A DNA stretch of 64,000 nucleotides, taken from positions 327,980,001 through 328,044,000 of the forward strand of contig OZ024743.1 of the NCBI GenBank assembly GCA_964016885.1, read 5' to 3'. The notes below the pieces were generated by a model. The model was given only the letters and a program-made list of their open reading frames with translations. It had not been told where the DNA came from and made no database searches. Made by a program: the position numbers and the translations under genes. Below are positions 36,301 through 49,500 of this stretch, piece after piece (the first letter of the stretch is position 1; each line of letters starts with the position of its first letter). Source of the stretch: Eledone cirrhosa. Its lineage: Eukaryota.

Positions 36301-37200
36301 CCTTCCTCATTTCTAGTACCAAACCCATAGCCTCCATGGATTTCGTCGTAGCCGTCACAATGTTGTCCAACGTGACCATTTAGGTCGCCTGCGATAATTA
36401 TATAGTCACTGTCGGATATTTGGGAGGTAGTTAGCATCAGTGTCTCATAGAATCTGTCTTTTATAGTGCCGGGCAGTCCGGATTGGGGTGCGTACGCAGA
36501 TATTACTGTCACCGTAGTTCTATTGAGGACAAGTCGTATTTTAATTATTCTGTCGTTCACTCTATTTACGTCTATTATCTTATCTGCCCACTTTTCTGCT
36601 ACCATGATTCCTACTCCACCCAGCCCATCGTCGTTTCCCACCCAGAAAAGCTTATAACATCGTTTTTTACCCTCAATGAACCTAGCAGACCCACCCCTCC
36701 ACCTGGTCTCTTGAATACAACAAACATCGACCTCCTTACGTTCAAGCATTTCTACAACCTCGTTAGCGCGACCCTTTAGGGTGCCTACATTTATGGTACC
36801 AACTCTGAAGTTTTGGATTGCGTTTGGGGGTTGGGGGCGGTGGGGGGCGGGGGGCGGTGGGGGGCGGGGGGCGATGGGGTTATGTTAGCCGTCCGCGGTC
36901 GAAACAATGAGGAGTGCTCGCATTCTCGTCCAAGAGGTGAATTTGTCTTTATCTTTGGCATTGTCGCTGAGCGTCCAGATTTTTCTCTCTCTCCTCCACT
37001 CTCCAGGATTCCGCAGTCCATCCATCCATCATATATCGAAAGGCAACCAGGCAAGCGATAGTATAGGCCTCTGGCTTCTGATTGGTCCGCGTAATAATAC
37101 TGGTGATGCGTGGGGGCTCTGTTTTATGATTGGTCCACATAATAGCAATGGTGGTGCGTGGGGGTGGGAGGGAGGGGTGTTGGGACGCTAGCTAGAAGGT
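33378..37200 (-). mobile_element. Near-intact full-length RTE LINE
   Basis: 5' region, uninterrupted 991-aa ORF, ~400-bp 3' UTR with modules shared with SINE A, (GAT)n tail. Confidence 0.95.
33774..36749 (-). CDS. RTE polyprotein: APE endonuclease, reverse transcriptase and PHD-like finger
   Basis: APE: IQETRW, SAYAPQ, GDLNGHVG, VDYIL, SQHR. RT: YKGKGD, NYRGIKL, QFGF, FVDLEKAFD, GVHQGSVLSP, YADD, YLG. CSVC-x10-CPKC-x4-H-x2-C-x14-CGRC. The frame continues upstream without ATG as FRVGTINVGTLKGR. Confidence 0.96.
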   Translation of the reverse strand: MLERKEVDVCCIQETRWRGGSARFIEGKKRCYKLFWVGNDDGLGGVGIMVAEKWADKIIDVNRVNDRIIKIRLVLNRTTVTVISAYAPQSGLPGTIKDRFYETLMLTTSQISDSDYIIIAGDLNGHVGQHCDGYDEIHGGYGFGTRNEEGSRILEFCDANNLTICNTNFKKRDNHLITYRSGEHTSQVDYILTRRRDRVSVVNTKSLPHEECTSQHRLIISDLIVRTRRTRQQKRTILRRKIWKLKDPTARNKFQSILLDAFDSKEEHLESDNIEGEWEFLKANLLLATDEVCGRSRPVGRRRVTWWWNSKVEGSIKAKKQAWKVWRYGGSREDYQVARREARRQVYLARREAEERKFKHVLQRDDQKREVFRIARQCVKENRDIVGEKCVLNDDGTLAITDADKKVAWKCHYERLLNEENKWEKDSLPHIDPIEGPAVLVEGSIISKAIKDTKTGKAAGPSEIVAEMLKASGTVGHTMVTRIVNQVVQNGVVPKDWHSSIIVNCYKGKGDALDRSNYRGIKLIDQVMKVTEKVIAQLIRERIDLDEMQFGFVSGKSTTDALFIVRQLQEKYLAKGKPLYLAFVDLEKAFDRVPRSIIWWALRKLGVDEWLVRAIQAMYKETVSKVRINNEYSEEFSVKVGVHQGSVLSPLLFIIALQAITEEFKTGCPWELLYADDLTLIAESMAELEKKFQTWKHGLESKGLKINLAKTKVLVCRKENKAAVPSGKWSCSVCRKGVGRNSILCPKCKVWVHKRCSGITGKLTKNIDFTCGRCSGAISSSKCPQNTSSFNCAEGSIEIVDSFRYLGDKISSGGGCSESTVARVRTGWKKFRELIPLLAAKGFSLKMKGRLYDACIRTAMLHGSETWALCAEDIRRLERNEACMLRWMCNSNIRERQSINELRKKLEIRGIRCCLLERRLRWYGHVMRMKVDSCITKCRAIKIDGSHGIGRPRKTWDELINSDITHLHLSKTMSLDRDLWRYSVTEKTRLT

Positions 37201-37715
37201 AATGATTGAATGGGGTCCTTGCATTTAACAAGCGATTAACAAAAATACAAAATTTGTTCTGTTCAATACGACCAAAAACTTTCGTATTTAACAATTAATA
37301 GAAACAAAAAATGTAGTTTGTTTTAGCGATAGATTGGCTATTTGGACTTGATACGAAATATGGATTGTTTTGAAAATACGCTAGAATTAGGATTAAAATA
37401 CGCTAGAATTAGGATTTGTGGAGGGAGAGAAATGAAATCTGTACATTACGTTACATGAATATCATGAGGTAGAGACAGCAAGCAATGAAATTTGGCGAAG
37501 TGAATTCCTATCATATATATATATAGAGAGAGAGAGAGGGGGGGGGGTGGCCGCATGATGGTTGTGTGTGTTAGGCGTTTGACCGCCCCATGCCTTCGAA
37601 GAAGGAAGAAGGAAAGGATTTTGTTTTTTTTGTTTTGAAGATACGCTAGAATTAGGGATTGAGGTTTGAAAATACGTTAGGAATTAAGGTTTGAAAATAC
37701 GCTAGCTAGAAGGTA

Positions 37716-37823
37716 ATATATATATACATATATATATATATACATATATATATACATATATATATACATATATATATATATACATATATATATATACATA
37801 TACATATACATATATATATATAC

Positions 37824-37854
<31 letters not shown>

Positions 37855-38344
37855 CATATACATATACATATATATATATACATATATATATATACATATA
37901 CATATATATATATACATATATACATATATATATACATATATATATACATATACATACATATATATACATATACATATATATACATACATATATATATACA
38001 TATATATACATATACATATACATATATATACATATATGTATATATATATACATACATATACATATATGTATATATATATACATACATATACATATATGTA
38101 TATATATATATACATACATATACATATATGTATATATATATACATACATATACATATATGTATATATATATATATACATACATATACATATATGTATATA
38201 TATATACATATATATACATATATATACATATATATACATATACATACATATATATACATATACATATATATATACATATACATATATATATATATACATA
38301 TATATATACATATACATACATATATATATATATACATATATATA
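37716..38344. repeat. (TA)n/(TACA)n microsatellite
   Basis: Pure simple repeat; similar tracts at 32930, 42960, 43980, 45450, 46150 and 59775. Confidence 0.98.
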
Positions 38345-40535
38345 TTTAGCAGGCATGGTGTATAAATGTTATTGAGACACGAGTAACATAATAATGATGT
38401 CAACAGCAGAAATTAGAAGTGAAATGTATGTTTATTTTTGTTGTAGCACAAATAATGTTTGTTAACTTGTATGGTTGAAGTTACACATAAAATGAGGTTA
38501 CAAAAGGGAATGTGCCATTGTGCCGGAAAGCCGGCAGGCCAAAGTGCAAAATCTCACTGTCACATGTTGTACGTGTTGCTGGTTCGAAGTTCTGGGTGCG
38601 AGAGAGAGATTCTTCAAATCTTCGCAGGGATTTTCTCCCTCAGGGCGCGTAGGGATACATTCTCTTCTACTGGCACTGATTGTCTGAGCTGAGCCAAATC
38701 ACGCACAGAGAATGTATGTGAGCCCGCAGAATGTAGGTCACTACAATAACCCCCCTCTAGACGGAAGACGATACAGATTATTGAATCAGCAAGAAAAAAT
38801 GCTGAAAGAGCACATCAGTGAAAAAATAATTGAGCAGAAGGATGCATGCAAGAAAAAAAATGAGGCGCTAAGGGCCGTGTTGAGCCGCTGTGTCAAATGA
38901 CTAGCTGTTTTGTAGTTTATACGTGACCACCAAAGGTCTAACAGAAAACGGATAAAGTCTGACATGTGCGAAGTTGCTGTTCTTGCATTAAATGTTAATG
39001 GTAAGTGTTGTACCAGTAGCTGTGGATGAAGCTATTATGGTAGTTTACCAGTGCTGGCAAGAAGATGATGGGTAGGCGAGAAAATGTCGGCCTCCCAGAT
39101 GTATTGCCGAAAGTGCTAGGGAGCCAGGAAAAAATGGCTGGTTGCTTTGAAAAGAAAAATGCAAGTTGAATCTGTAGGTGGGCAGTAGTTGCAGTGTAAA
39201 TTCCATAATTCCGGCGAATCCACAGAAGTGGTGGAAATGCTGACAAGTCCAGTTCTATTTGTTGTTTTCTCAGTGAGTCGGGTAAGGTAACAAGATGGAG
39301 GTTGTTATGGACGATGAGTGTGCAACGAGATGCGAAACTGTTTGAGTTCAGCTGCAATTAGCATTCTCGTGTTGCGGTGCCTGTTTGAATCCAGGTGAAT
39401 TAAGCTCTATGAGTCGCTAGCATGTGACGGCACCTCAACCAGGTGAAAAGGGATCTCGCAGAATATTACGTTTGAAGAACATATACTAAGAACAACATGT
39501 TGGTGGGTGACAAAGAAATGTGTGCATATGCAGGCATGTAAAACAGCAAATAAATGTGTGGGTGCAGTCATATATACAATGATAGAAAAAAAATGAATTT
39601 CCATATAATACAGTTTTTAAAAAATAAATGTCCAAAATAAATGCCTGAAAAAAAAAGGAAGAAAGAAAGAATTGTTTCTTTTCTTTTAACAAAAAGTTCG
39701 CTTTTCTTTTCTTTGAAATTTCTTTGGGATCGCTCTTACTAGGGAGCTAGTAGAGTTGTTGTTGTTAAAGCAAAGTCACAATGAATCTTCTGTAGAGTCG
39801 AAGTCGAGCGTTGAAAAAACTAGAGTCACCAATATGGCAGCCACGTCTGACGCCATAGTGGTGAGAAGACTGATGTCTTAATTTCTCGAGTCCTTGTGGT
39901 AACGAGACAGAAGGTATGGTGGTTGCGTCGGTAAAGTTACAAGCTGCCACATCGCCATTCCCTGGTGTTGGTTAATAGTTAGCCATGTGTTGCTGCTTAT
40001 GGCTGGTACTTGGTGGAAGCCGTTTTGAAATTTCCTCGTGGCGTAAATTTTTTTTTTTTATACATACACTGCCAATTTTAATTTTATTTCAAAAGGAATA
40101 TTTTGAACTGAAAATATTCATCACGTCGGGGTCACCACTTTTAGCAGGCATGGTGTATAAATGTTATTGAGACACGAGTAACATAATAATGATGTCAACA
40201 GCAGAAATTCGAGATCAAATGTATGTTTATTTTTGTTGTAGCACAAATAATGTTTGTTAACTTGTATGGTTGAAGTTACACATAAAATGAGGTTACAAAA
40301 GGGAATGTGCCATTGTGCCGGAAAGCCGGCAGGCCAAAGTGCAAAATCTCACCGTCACATGTACGTGTTGCTGGTTCGAAGTTCCAGGTGCGAGAGAGAG
40401 ATTCTTCAAATCTTCGCGGGGATTTTCTCCCTCAGGGCGCGTAGGGATACATCCTCTTTTACTGGCGCTGATTGGCTGAGCTGAGCCAAATCACGCACAG
40501 AGAATGTATGTGAGCCCGCGGAATGTAGGTCACTA
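38345..40535 (-). mobile_element. Decayed or non-autonomous LTR retrotransposon with two ~400-bp LTRs
   Basis: Direct repeats 38345-38745 and 40140-40535. PBS TGGTGACCCCGACGTGAT (tRNA-Trp type) at 40120-40137 minus. Polypurine tract AGAGGGGGG just before TGTAGTG at 38746-38759. Confidence 0.88.
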
Positions 40536-40540
40536 ATTAC

Positions 40541-40589
<49 letters not shown>

Positions 40590-40669
40590 CATATATACAT
40601 ACATATATACATATATATATACATACATATATATATATACATATATATATATACATATATATATATATA

Positions 40670-41152
40670 CAATATGTTGAAAAGGTAACACACCAGAGAT
40701 ATAGTGCGTTATCAATAATACAGGGAAAAAACCACCAGTGTATGGAATCTATAACCTATGAAAGGCAGACTATAGACACGATAATTAAAAATATAAATTA
40801 AAGCGTAAATAAATACCTCTATAACTATATAACACACGTACAAATCCAAAGATATGTTTCACCAATAATTTGTTGAAAGAAATGGTCTAGTCTCGGTTCA
40901 TCAGCGTGTGTAAGGCTATACATTTCAGACAACACTAAGAGAATTTTAAAATTGGTGAAACATATCTTTGGATTTGTACGTGTGTTATATAGTTATAGAG
41001 GTATTTATTTACGCTTTAATTATATTTTTAATTATCGTGTCTATAGTCTGCCTTTCATAGGTTATATATTCCATACACTGGTGGTTTTTTCCCTGTATTA
41101 TTGATAACGTACTATATATCTCTCTCTGGTGTGTTACCTTTTCAACATATTG
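40670..41152. other. Foldback element, ~200-bp arms, degenerate HHR on the minus strand
   Basis: 40670-40866 is inverted to 40951-41152; minus CTGATGA-ACC...GGT-GAAACATATC at 40851-40904. Confidence 0.65.
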
Positions 41153-41239
41153 TATTTTAAAGAGCTCAGGATCTCTTCTCCTTTGAGCACATTATTTACA
41201 GGGAATAGCGAGGGCCTATGCCTCCGTCAATTTATCGTG

Positions 41240-41280
<41 letters not shown>

Positions 41281-41681
41281 CCTGTTGTCTATAATAGTTA
41301 CATACGTCTATGTATATATAGATATAGCTACAATAAAATATATGTATATTGGTGTAGTTTGGTTTATAGTTTCATGCATCTATGTCCAACACGTACCAGC
41401 ATAGAAAGCGGATGTTAAATGATGATGGAGGTAATGATGTTTATTTACAATAAAGGTTATGTACGTAGGCATGAGGTCTTTTATAGCTAAATATATATAT
41501 AGGTACCATTAAATATGTATATGTGTGTGTCCGTGTAGATATATATAAATATATAGGTCACCTACCCACTGGCATTTAACCATACACAATTTAGCATGAT
41601 AAAAGCGACGATAACACATTTCTTCTAACAAAATTTGTGGTAGCCTCAAATAACATTGGACGTGTGTCTACATGTGAGAAC

Positions 41682-41772
41682 ACATATCTGAGAAGCTCTT
41701 GAATCCAGAGTCAGGATCGAACATTATTCAATCGTTCCTCAAGCTGATCAGCAGTGAAACTATGTAATATGT
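41682..41772 (+). ncRNA. Diverged extended-stem-II hammerhead motif
   Basis: ACATAT-CTGAGAA-[gctcttgaa tccagagtc agga...tcct caagctg atcagcagt]-GAAAC-TAT-GTA-ATATGT; G8 is mutated. Confidence 0.55.
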
Positions 41773-42843
41773 AATTAAATATATATATGATGCAATACTG
41801 ATTCTTTGTTCCCATTTATTATTATTGATACTCTGCTCCCCAATAGCATCGAGTGCTCATCTTGGCATACCACCTGTGAACGCAATTCAATTGCACCTCT
41901 ACTACTCATATATATATATAGCTACCATAAAAGATGTATACATATATATAAATATATATAGCTACTGTAAGAGATGTATATATATATATATAGAGATATA
42001 TATATATATATAGTTACCGTAGATGTATATATAGATATATACGGCTACCATAAGAGATGTATACATATATATAGCTACTGTAAGAGATGTATATATTTAT
42101 ATGGCTACCATAAAAGATTTTATTGTCAGTTCAAGAATGAATTCACCACAGAAACAAAAACAGTTAGCAACATAATACTGGATAAAATTTCATTGTTGTT
42201 AATCCTTTTAATAGTTGACAATAGATAGGGTGAACATTTTAGAATAACAGGGTCAGCTGGGGATGAAGTGGGGACTTGAATAATAGGGACTGGCAGTCAA
42301 TGCCCTCCACTCACTTTTTTCTTTCTTAACTTAAAACTGCATCACAAAATTCTATTCACCCCATCCACTCACATCAAGGTCAAAACATACCTTTAACCTT
42401 GAATATCTGTTTTTCCATAAAGCAAAAAAAAATACTACTTTAAATAAGATAGAATATACAACAGAGTGATTTAGGGGTTTACTTTACAACCACATGGTTT
42501 CAGGTGCAATCCCACTGTGTGGCACCTTGGGGAAGTGTCTTCTACTATAGCCTTGGGTTGACCAATGTCTCATAAATGAATAAATATATATTATAATAAC
42601 ATTAATAAAGATGCTGATGTTACAAAAATCGTTTATTCATTATAATTATTTCAATGGTTCTTCCATACAATCCAAGATGTAATTCATGCATTTGTTGTTG
42701 TTGTGAGAACTGTATCCTCAAATGAAATTCGATTTTGTGATATGCTGCCGGCAAGAAAAAAAAGACACATCCTTCTGCTCATGTGTCCAATGTTGAGAGC
42801 TTTCTCCTGCTTGCTCCTGTTTTTACCAAAACAATCTCTTTGG

Positions 42844-42895
<52 letters not shown>

Positions 42896-43018
42896 CATCA
42901 TCGTTTTACGTCCGGTCTTCCATGCTAGCATGGGTTAGATGGGTTGTCCTGTTGTGGGCAGTATATATACATATATATGCATATATATATATATACATAT
43001 ATATATACATATATATAC

Positions 43019-43051
<33 letters not shown>

Positions 43052-43330
43052 CATATATATATACATATATATATACATATATATACATATATATACATAT
43101 ACATATATATACATATATATACATATATATATATACATATATATATACAAATATATATATACACATATATATAGACATATATATATATATACATATACAT
43201 ATATATATATACACATATATATATATATACATATATATACATATTTATATATATATACATATATATATATATACATATATATATATACATATATATATAT
43301 ATACATATATATACATATATATACATATAC

Positions 43331-43376
<46 letters not shown>

Positions 43377-43619
43377 GTTGCAACATATATATATCTATAA
43401 CTTTATGTATATGTAAACCTTTATATTTAATAATCTGCCGTTAGGTTGAGATTCAATTTGGCGATAATTGGCTGCGCTTTCTAGCAGCAAGCCTACCCGC
43501 CGTAAGCAACCAATCACATTCTTTCTAGCTTGACCACAGCCACATAGCGATTCTTAGCCATTTTTGAATCTAATTTTGGCGCGATCGGGTTAGAAAACTA
43601 GATGTCTGATTTTGAGTTT

Positions 43620-43696
43620 GTCTCCTGATGAATCCTAACTCAAGACATTCCTATTATTTGGATGTCTAAAAATACGGATGAAACCATGGTAGAGAT
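43620..43696 (+). ncRNA. Type I hammerhead ribozyme motif, intact core
   Basis: GTCTC-CTGATGA-ATCC...gacat-tcc-loop-gga-tgtc...GGAT-GAAAC-CATG-GTA-GAGAT; palindromic ACCATGGT stem III; in a ~550-bp island between (TA)n tracts. Confidence 0.8.
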
Positions 43697-44004
43697 ATAA
43701 TTACGGTATGTACACATTTCTTCTAAGTTTAATTTTACACCTAATTGTGTATGGTTGATGATATATTTAGTCAGTTTCTACATGCTGTCGAAATGTTGGA
43801 TAAATAATCTATTGGGGCCACCGCGAAGTTGCCACTTTCAGTTATTTGTCGGATATTTCTTCATAAGAGCCTTTCTTCTTATAGCTTGGTCTAATTGATT
43901 TTTTATATGGTTAATTATGCTAATTAGAAGAGGAAATAGTATATATTTTATCTAATAATTCTAAGGACATGATTTACGATATATACACATATATATATAT
44001 ATAC

Positions 44005-44035
<31 letters not shown>

Positions 44036-44360
44036 CATATATATATACTTATATATACATATATATATACATATATATATACACATATATATATATACAT
44101 ATATATATACACATATATATATAGATATATATATACATATATATATACACATATATATATATATATACATATATATATACATATATATACACATATATAT
44201 ATATACATATATATATACACATATATGTAGATAAATCTACCAAAAGTTTACGGTAGTGTCCAATCCGTATGAAGAACTCAATGTAATCCGGATATCATGG
44301 AAAGAAGAGATGCATTCAAAAATTACTTTCGGTGAAAGATAAACGGAATACAGAGTCAAG

Positions 44361-44573
44361 ATAAAATATTTAAAAAATAATGAATAAAACAATGAAACAG
44401 TTCCTTATACTAAACAAAAAAAGTTCATTATTTAACGATCGTTTCTAGGACATATATGTGTTAGAATTCTAACACATATATGTCCTAGAAACGATCGTTA
44501 AATAATGAACTTTTTTTGTTTAGTATAAGGAACTGTTTCATTGTTTTGTTCATTATTTTTTTAATATTTTATA
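44361..44573. repeat. Near-perfect ~210-bp palindrome centred on GAATTC (44464-44469)
   Basis: Arms mirror with no spacer; contains GAAAC-GATC-GTT, the 3' half of an HHR. Confidence 0.9.
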
Positions 44574-44676
44574 TACACATATATATATATATATACATAT
44601 ATATATACACATATATATATATACATATATATATATATACATATATATATATAAACATATATATATACACATATAT

Positions 44677-45325
44677 CATCATCATCATCGTTTAACGTCC
44701 ATGTTCCACGCTTGCATGGGTTTGGACGGGAGTTTTCCCACTTGAGGCAAGAGTGGTTGTCTTGCTCGCATAGGACTGTCTGGCGGGCTTTCTACAGTTG
44801 GATGCCCTTCCTAGCACCAACCACATTTAGTGTGGGGCTGGGAGATTTTTACCGTGTTGCCTACACGGCCACATTACAGCGTGGACTGTCTGGCAGGTTT
44901 TCTACAGCTGGATGCCCTTCCTAACACCAACCACATTTACAGTGTGGGACTGGGAGGTTTTTACCGTGTTACCTACACGGCCACATTACAGCGTGGACTG
45001 TCTGTTTTTTTGTCATGAGACCGACACGATCTCATATGTTTCGGCCTGGATGTTGTGGCACCAACATAACTTTACATTGAAAGGGGCGGTGTGGATGGAG
45101 TGGGGGTGGTGGGATGGGGGTGTATTTTGTTAGAGATGCCTGCTGACTGTAGTAGGTTTTAATTTGTATTTAGGTAAGGCAGGTCTTCTCTATTACTGAG
45201 TACCGCCAAAGGTCTCGGTCCAGTGACAATGTCTTGGAGAGGTGTAAGTGTGTGAGGTCGGAATTTATCAGCTCGTCCCAGGTTTTTCTGGTTCTGCCTA
45301 CTCCATGGCTACCATCTATCTTTAT
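44677..45325 (-). mobile_element. RTE 3' end fragment (same family as 33378)
   Basis: Homologous to 33378-33930, with a duplicated UTR module. Confidence 0.88.
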
Positions 45326-45660
45326 GTCCAAAGTCACCCTCCTCACCAAGAAACCTTGGTGGGGTTACCAGTTTAGTCGCCAACGACCCGACCATGAGAC
45401 AGGTTGTACTGGGATACATGTTACCAGTAGCACCAACTGGTGACCTGACATATATATATACATATATATACACACATATATATATATACACATATATATA
45501 TATATATACATACATATATATATACATATATATATATATACATATATACATATATACATATATATATACATATATATATACATATATACATATATATATA
45601 TATATACATACATATATATACATGCATATATATATATATATACATATATATACATATATA

Positions 45661-45701
<41 letters not shown>

Positions 45702-45720
45702 ACATATATATATATATGAT

Positions 45721-46064
45721 GGAGGCACATGGCTTAATGGTTAGAGCATTGGGCTTGCAATCGAAAGGTTGTGAGTTCAATTCTCAGACCGGGTGATGTG
45801 TTGTTTCCTTGAGCAAGACACTTCATTTCACATTGCTCCAGTTTACTCAGCTGTAGAAACGAGATGATAGGGACTGGGGTCCCTATCATTCCACTGCAAA
45901 GTGGTCGTGGAGGTGCCACGGCAAAAAAGCACCCAGCACTCACTGTAAATGAGGTTGGTGTTAGGAAGGGCATCCAGCTGTAGAAATCAAGCCAGAATCA
46001 GTTCCCGTCCCACCCTTGCAAGCAGGGAAAAAGCGGATGTAAAATGACGATGATGATGATGAAA

Positions 46065-46066
<2 letters not shown>
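45721..46066 (+). mobile_element. SINE family A, full length
   Basis: Head ggaggcacatggctt through to (GAT)n tail. Confidence 0.92.
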
Positions 46067-46099
<33 letters not shown>

Positions 46100-46392
46100 C
46101 CTGGCACATCATAAACATCACAACATCTTAAACCCAGTCTCTCAGAATATACACATATATATACATACACATATATATATATATACATACATATATATAT
46201 ACATATATATATATACATATATATATATACATATATATATATACATATATATATATACATACATATATATACATGCATATATATATATACATACATATAT
46301 ATATATATATATATACATATATATATACATATATATACATATATATATACATATATATACATATATATATACATATATATACATATATATAC

Positions 46393-46425
<33 letters not shown>

Positions 46426-46448
46426 CATATATATATACACATATATAT

Positions 46449-46510
<62 letters not shown>

Positions 46511-46513
<3 letters not shown>

Positions 46514-49500
46514 TATATGTGAGTATAGACATAGAATATTCGAAAATATTCTGTATGTTTATAATAAACATTTTGAAGACCTAATCGCTATAGAATAGAA
46601 TACGTCACGTATTACAATTAGATTCTCGATAAAAGCAAGGGAAGTAATCTACGCGTTTCATTCTTGTTAGAATTCATCAGGACTACATATCCAGTGCTTT
46701 TATCGAGAATGACACAGCTAGAGACTTATAGAATACTTAGCTGTGTACTGGAACTGGTTTGAAAGAGCGGTTGCCGGTCCGGCAGAAATTAGAAATTGGA
46801 ATAAATGCTCTGAAATAGCGATATATATGTGAGTATAGACATAGAATATTCGAAAATATTCTGTATGTTTATAATAAACATTTTGAAGACCTAATCGCTA
46901 TAGAATAGAATACGTCACGTATTACAATTAGATTCTCGATAAAAGCAAGGGAAGTAATCTACGCGTTTCATTCTTGTTAGAATTCATCAGGACTACATAT
47001 CCAGTGCTTTTATCGAGAATGACACAGCTAGAGACTTATAGAATACTTAGCTGTGTACTGGAACTGGTTTGAAAGAGCGGTTGCCGGTCCGGCAGAAATT
47101 AGAAATTGGAATAAATGCTCTGAAATAGCGATATATATGTGAGTATAGACATAGAATATTCGAAAATATTCTGTATGTTTATAATAAACATTTTGAAGAC
47201 CTAATCGCTATAGAATAGAATACGTCACGTATTACAATTAGATTCTCGATAAAAGCAAGGGAAGTAATCTACGCGTTTCATTCTTGTTAGAATTCATCAG
47301 GACTACATATCCAGTGCTTTTATCGAGAATGACACAGCTAGAGACTTATAGAATACTTAGCTGTGTACTGGAACTGGTTTGAAAGAGCGGTTGCCGGTCC
47401 GGCAGAAATTAGAAATTGGAATAAATGCTCTGAAATAGCGATATATATGTGAGTATAGACATAGAATATTCGAAAATATTCTGTATGTTTATAATAAACA
47501 TTTTGAAGACCTAATCGCTATAGAATAGAATACGTCACGTATTACAATTAGATTCTCGATAAAAGCAAGGGAAGTAATCTACGCGTTTCATTCTTGTTAG
47601 AATTCATCAGGACTACATATCCAGTGCTTTTATCGAGAATGACACAGCTAGAGACTTATAGAATACTTAGCTGTGTACTGGAACTGGTTTGAAAGAGCGG
47701 TTGCCGGTCCGGCAGAAATTAGAAATTGGAATAAATGCTCTGAAATAGCGATATATATGTGAGTATAGACATAGAATATTCGAAAATATTCTGTATGTTT
47801 ATAATAAACATTTTGAAGACCTAATCGCTATAGAATAGAATACGTCACGTATTACAATTAGATTCTCGATAAAAGCAAGGGAAGTAATCTACGCGTTTCA
47901 TTCTTGTTAGAATTCATCAGGACTACATATCCAGTGCTTTTATCGAGAATGACACAGCTAGAGACTTATAGAATACTTAGCTGTGTACTGGAACTGGTTT
48001 GAAAGAGCGGTTGCCGGTCCGGCAGAAATTAGAAATTGGAATAAATGCTCTGAAATAGCGATATATATGTGAGTATAGACATAGAATATTCGAAAATATT
48101 CTGTATGTTTATAATAAACATTTTGAAGACCTAATCGCTATAGAATAGAATACGTCACGTATTACAATTAGATTCTCGATAAAAGCAAGGGAAGTAATCT
48201 ACGCGTTTCATTCTTGTTAGAATTCATCAGGACTACATATCCAGTGCTTTTATCGAGAATGACACAGCTAGAGACTTATAGAATACTTAGCTGTGTACTG
48301 GAACTGGTTTGAAAGAGCGGTTGCCGGTCCGGCAGAAATTAGAAATTGGAATAAATGCTCTGAAATAGCGATATATATGTGAGTATAGACATAGAATATT
48401 CGAAAATATTCTGTATGTTTATAATAAACATTTTGAAGACCTAATCGCTATAGAATAGAATACGTCACGTATTACAATTAGATTCTCGATAAAAGCAAGG
48501 GAAGTAATCTACGCGTTTCATTCTTGTTAGAATTCATCAGGACTACATATCCAGTGCTTTTATCGAGAATGACACAGCTAGAGACTTATAGAATACTTAG
48601 CTGTGTACTGGAACTGGTTTGAAAGAGCGGTTGCCGGTCCGGCAGAAATTAGAAATTGGAATAAATGCTCTGAAATAGCGATATATATGTGAGTATAGAC
48701 ATAGAATATTCGAAAATATTCTGTATGTTTATAATAAACATTTTGAAGACCTAATCGCTATAGAATAGAATACGTCACGTATTACAATTAGATTCTCGAT
48801 AAAAGCAAGGGAAGTAATCTACGCGTTTCATTCTTGTTAGAATTCATCAGGACTACATATCCAGTGCTTTTATCGAGAATGACACAGCTAGAGACTTATA
48901 GAATACTTAGCTGTGTACTGGAACTGGTTTGAAAGAGCGGTTGCCGGTCCGGCAGAAATTAGAAATTGGAATAAATGCTCTGAAATAGCGATATATATGT
49001 GAGTATAGACATAGAATATTCGAAAATATTCTGTATGTTTATAATAAACATTTTGAAGACCTAATCGCTATAGAATAGAATACGTCACGTATTACAATTA
49101 GATTCTCGATAAAAGCAAGGGAAGTAATCTACGCGTTTCATTCTTGTTAGAATTCATCAGGACTACATATCCAGTGCTTTTATCGAGAATGACACAGCTA
49201 GAGACTTATAGAATACTTAGCTGTGTACTGGAACTGGTTTGAAAGAGCGGTTGCCGGTCCGGCAGAAATTAGAAATTGGAATAAATGCTCTGAAATAGCG
49301 ATATATATGTGAGTATAGACATAGAATATTCGAAAATATTCTGTATGTTTATAATAAACATTTTGAAGACCTAATCGCTATAGAATAGAATACGTCACGT
49401 ATTACAATTAGATTCTCGATAAAAGCAAGGGAAGTAATCTACGCGTTTCATTCTTGTTAGAATTCATCAGGACTACATATCCAGTGCTTTTATCGAGAAT

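Noticed and set aside
42620-42790. Possible minus-strand terminal exon (polypyrimidine-CAG, AATAAA)
   Set aside because: No recognisable protein and no partner exons; needs RNA-seq.
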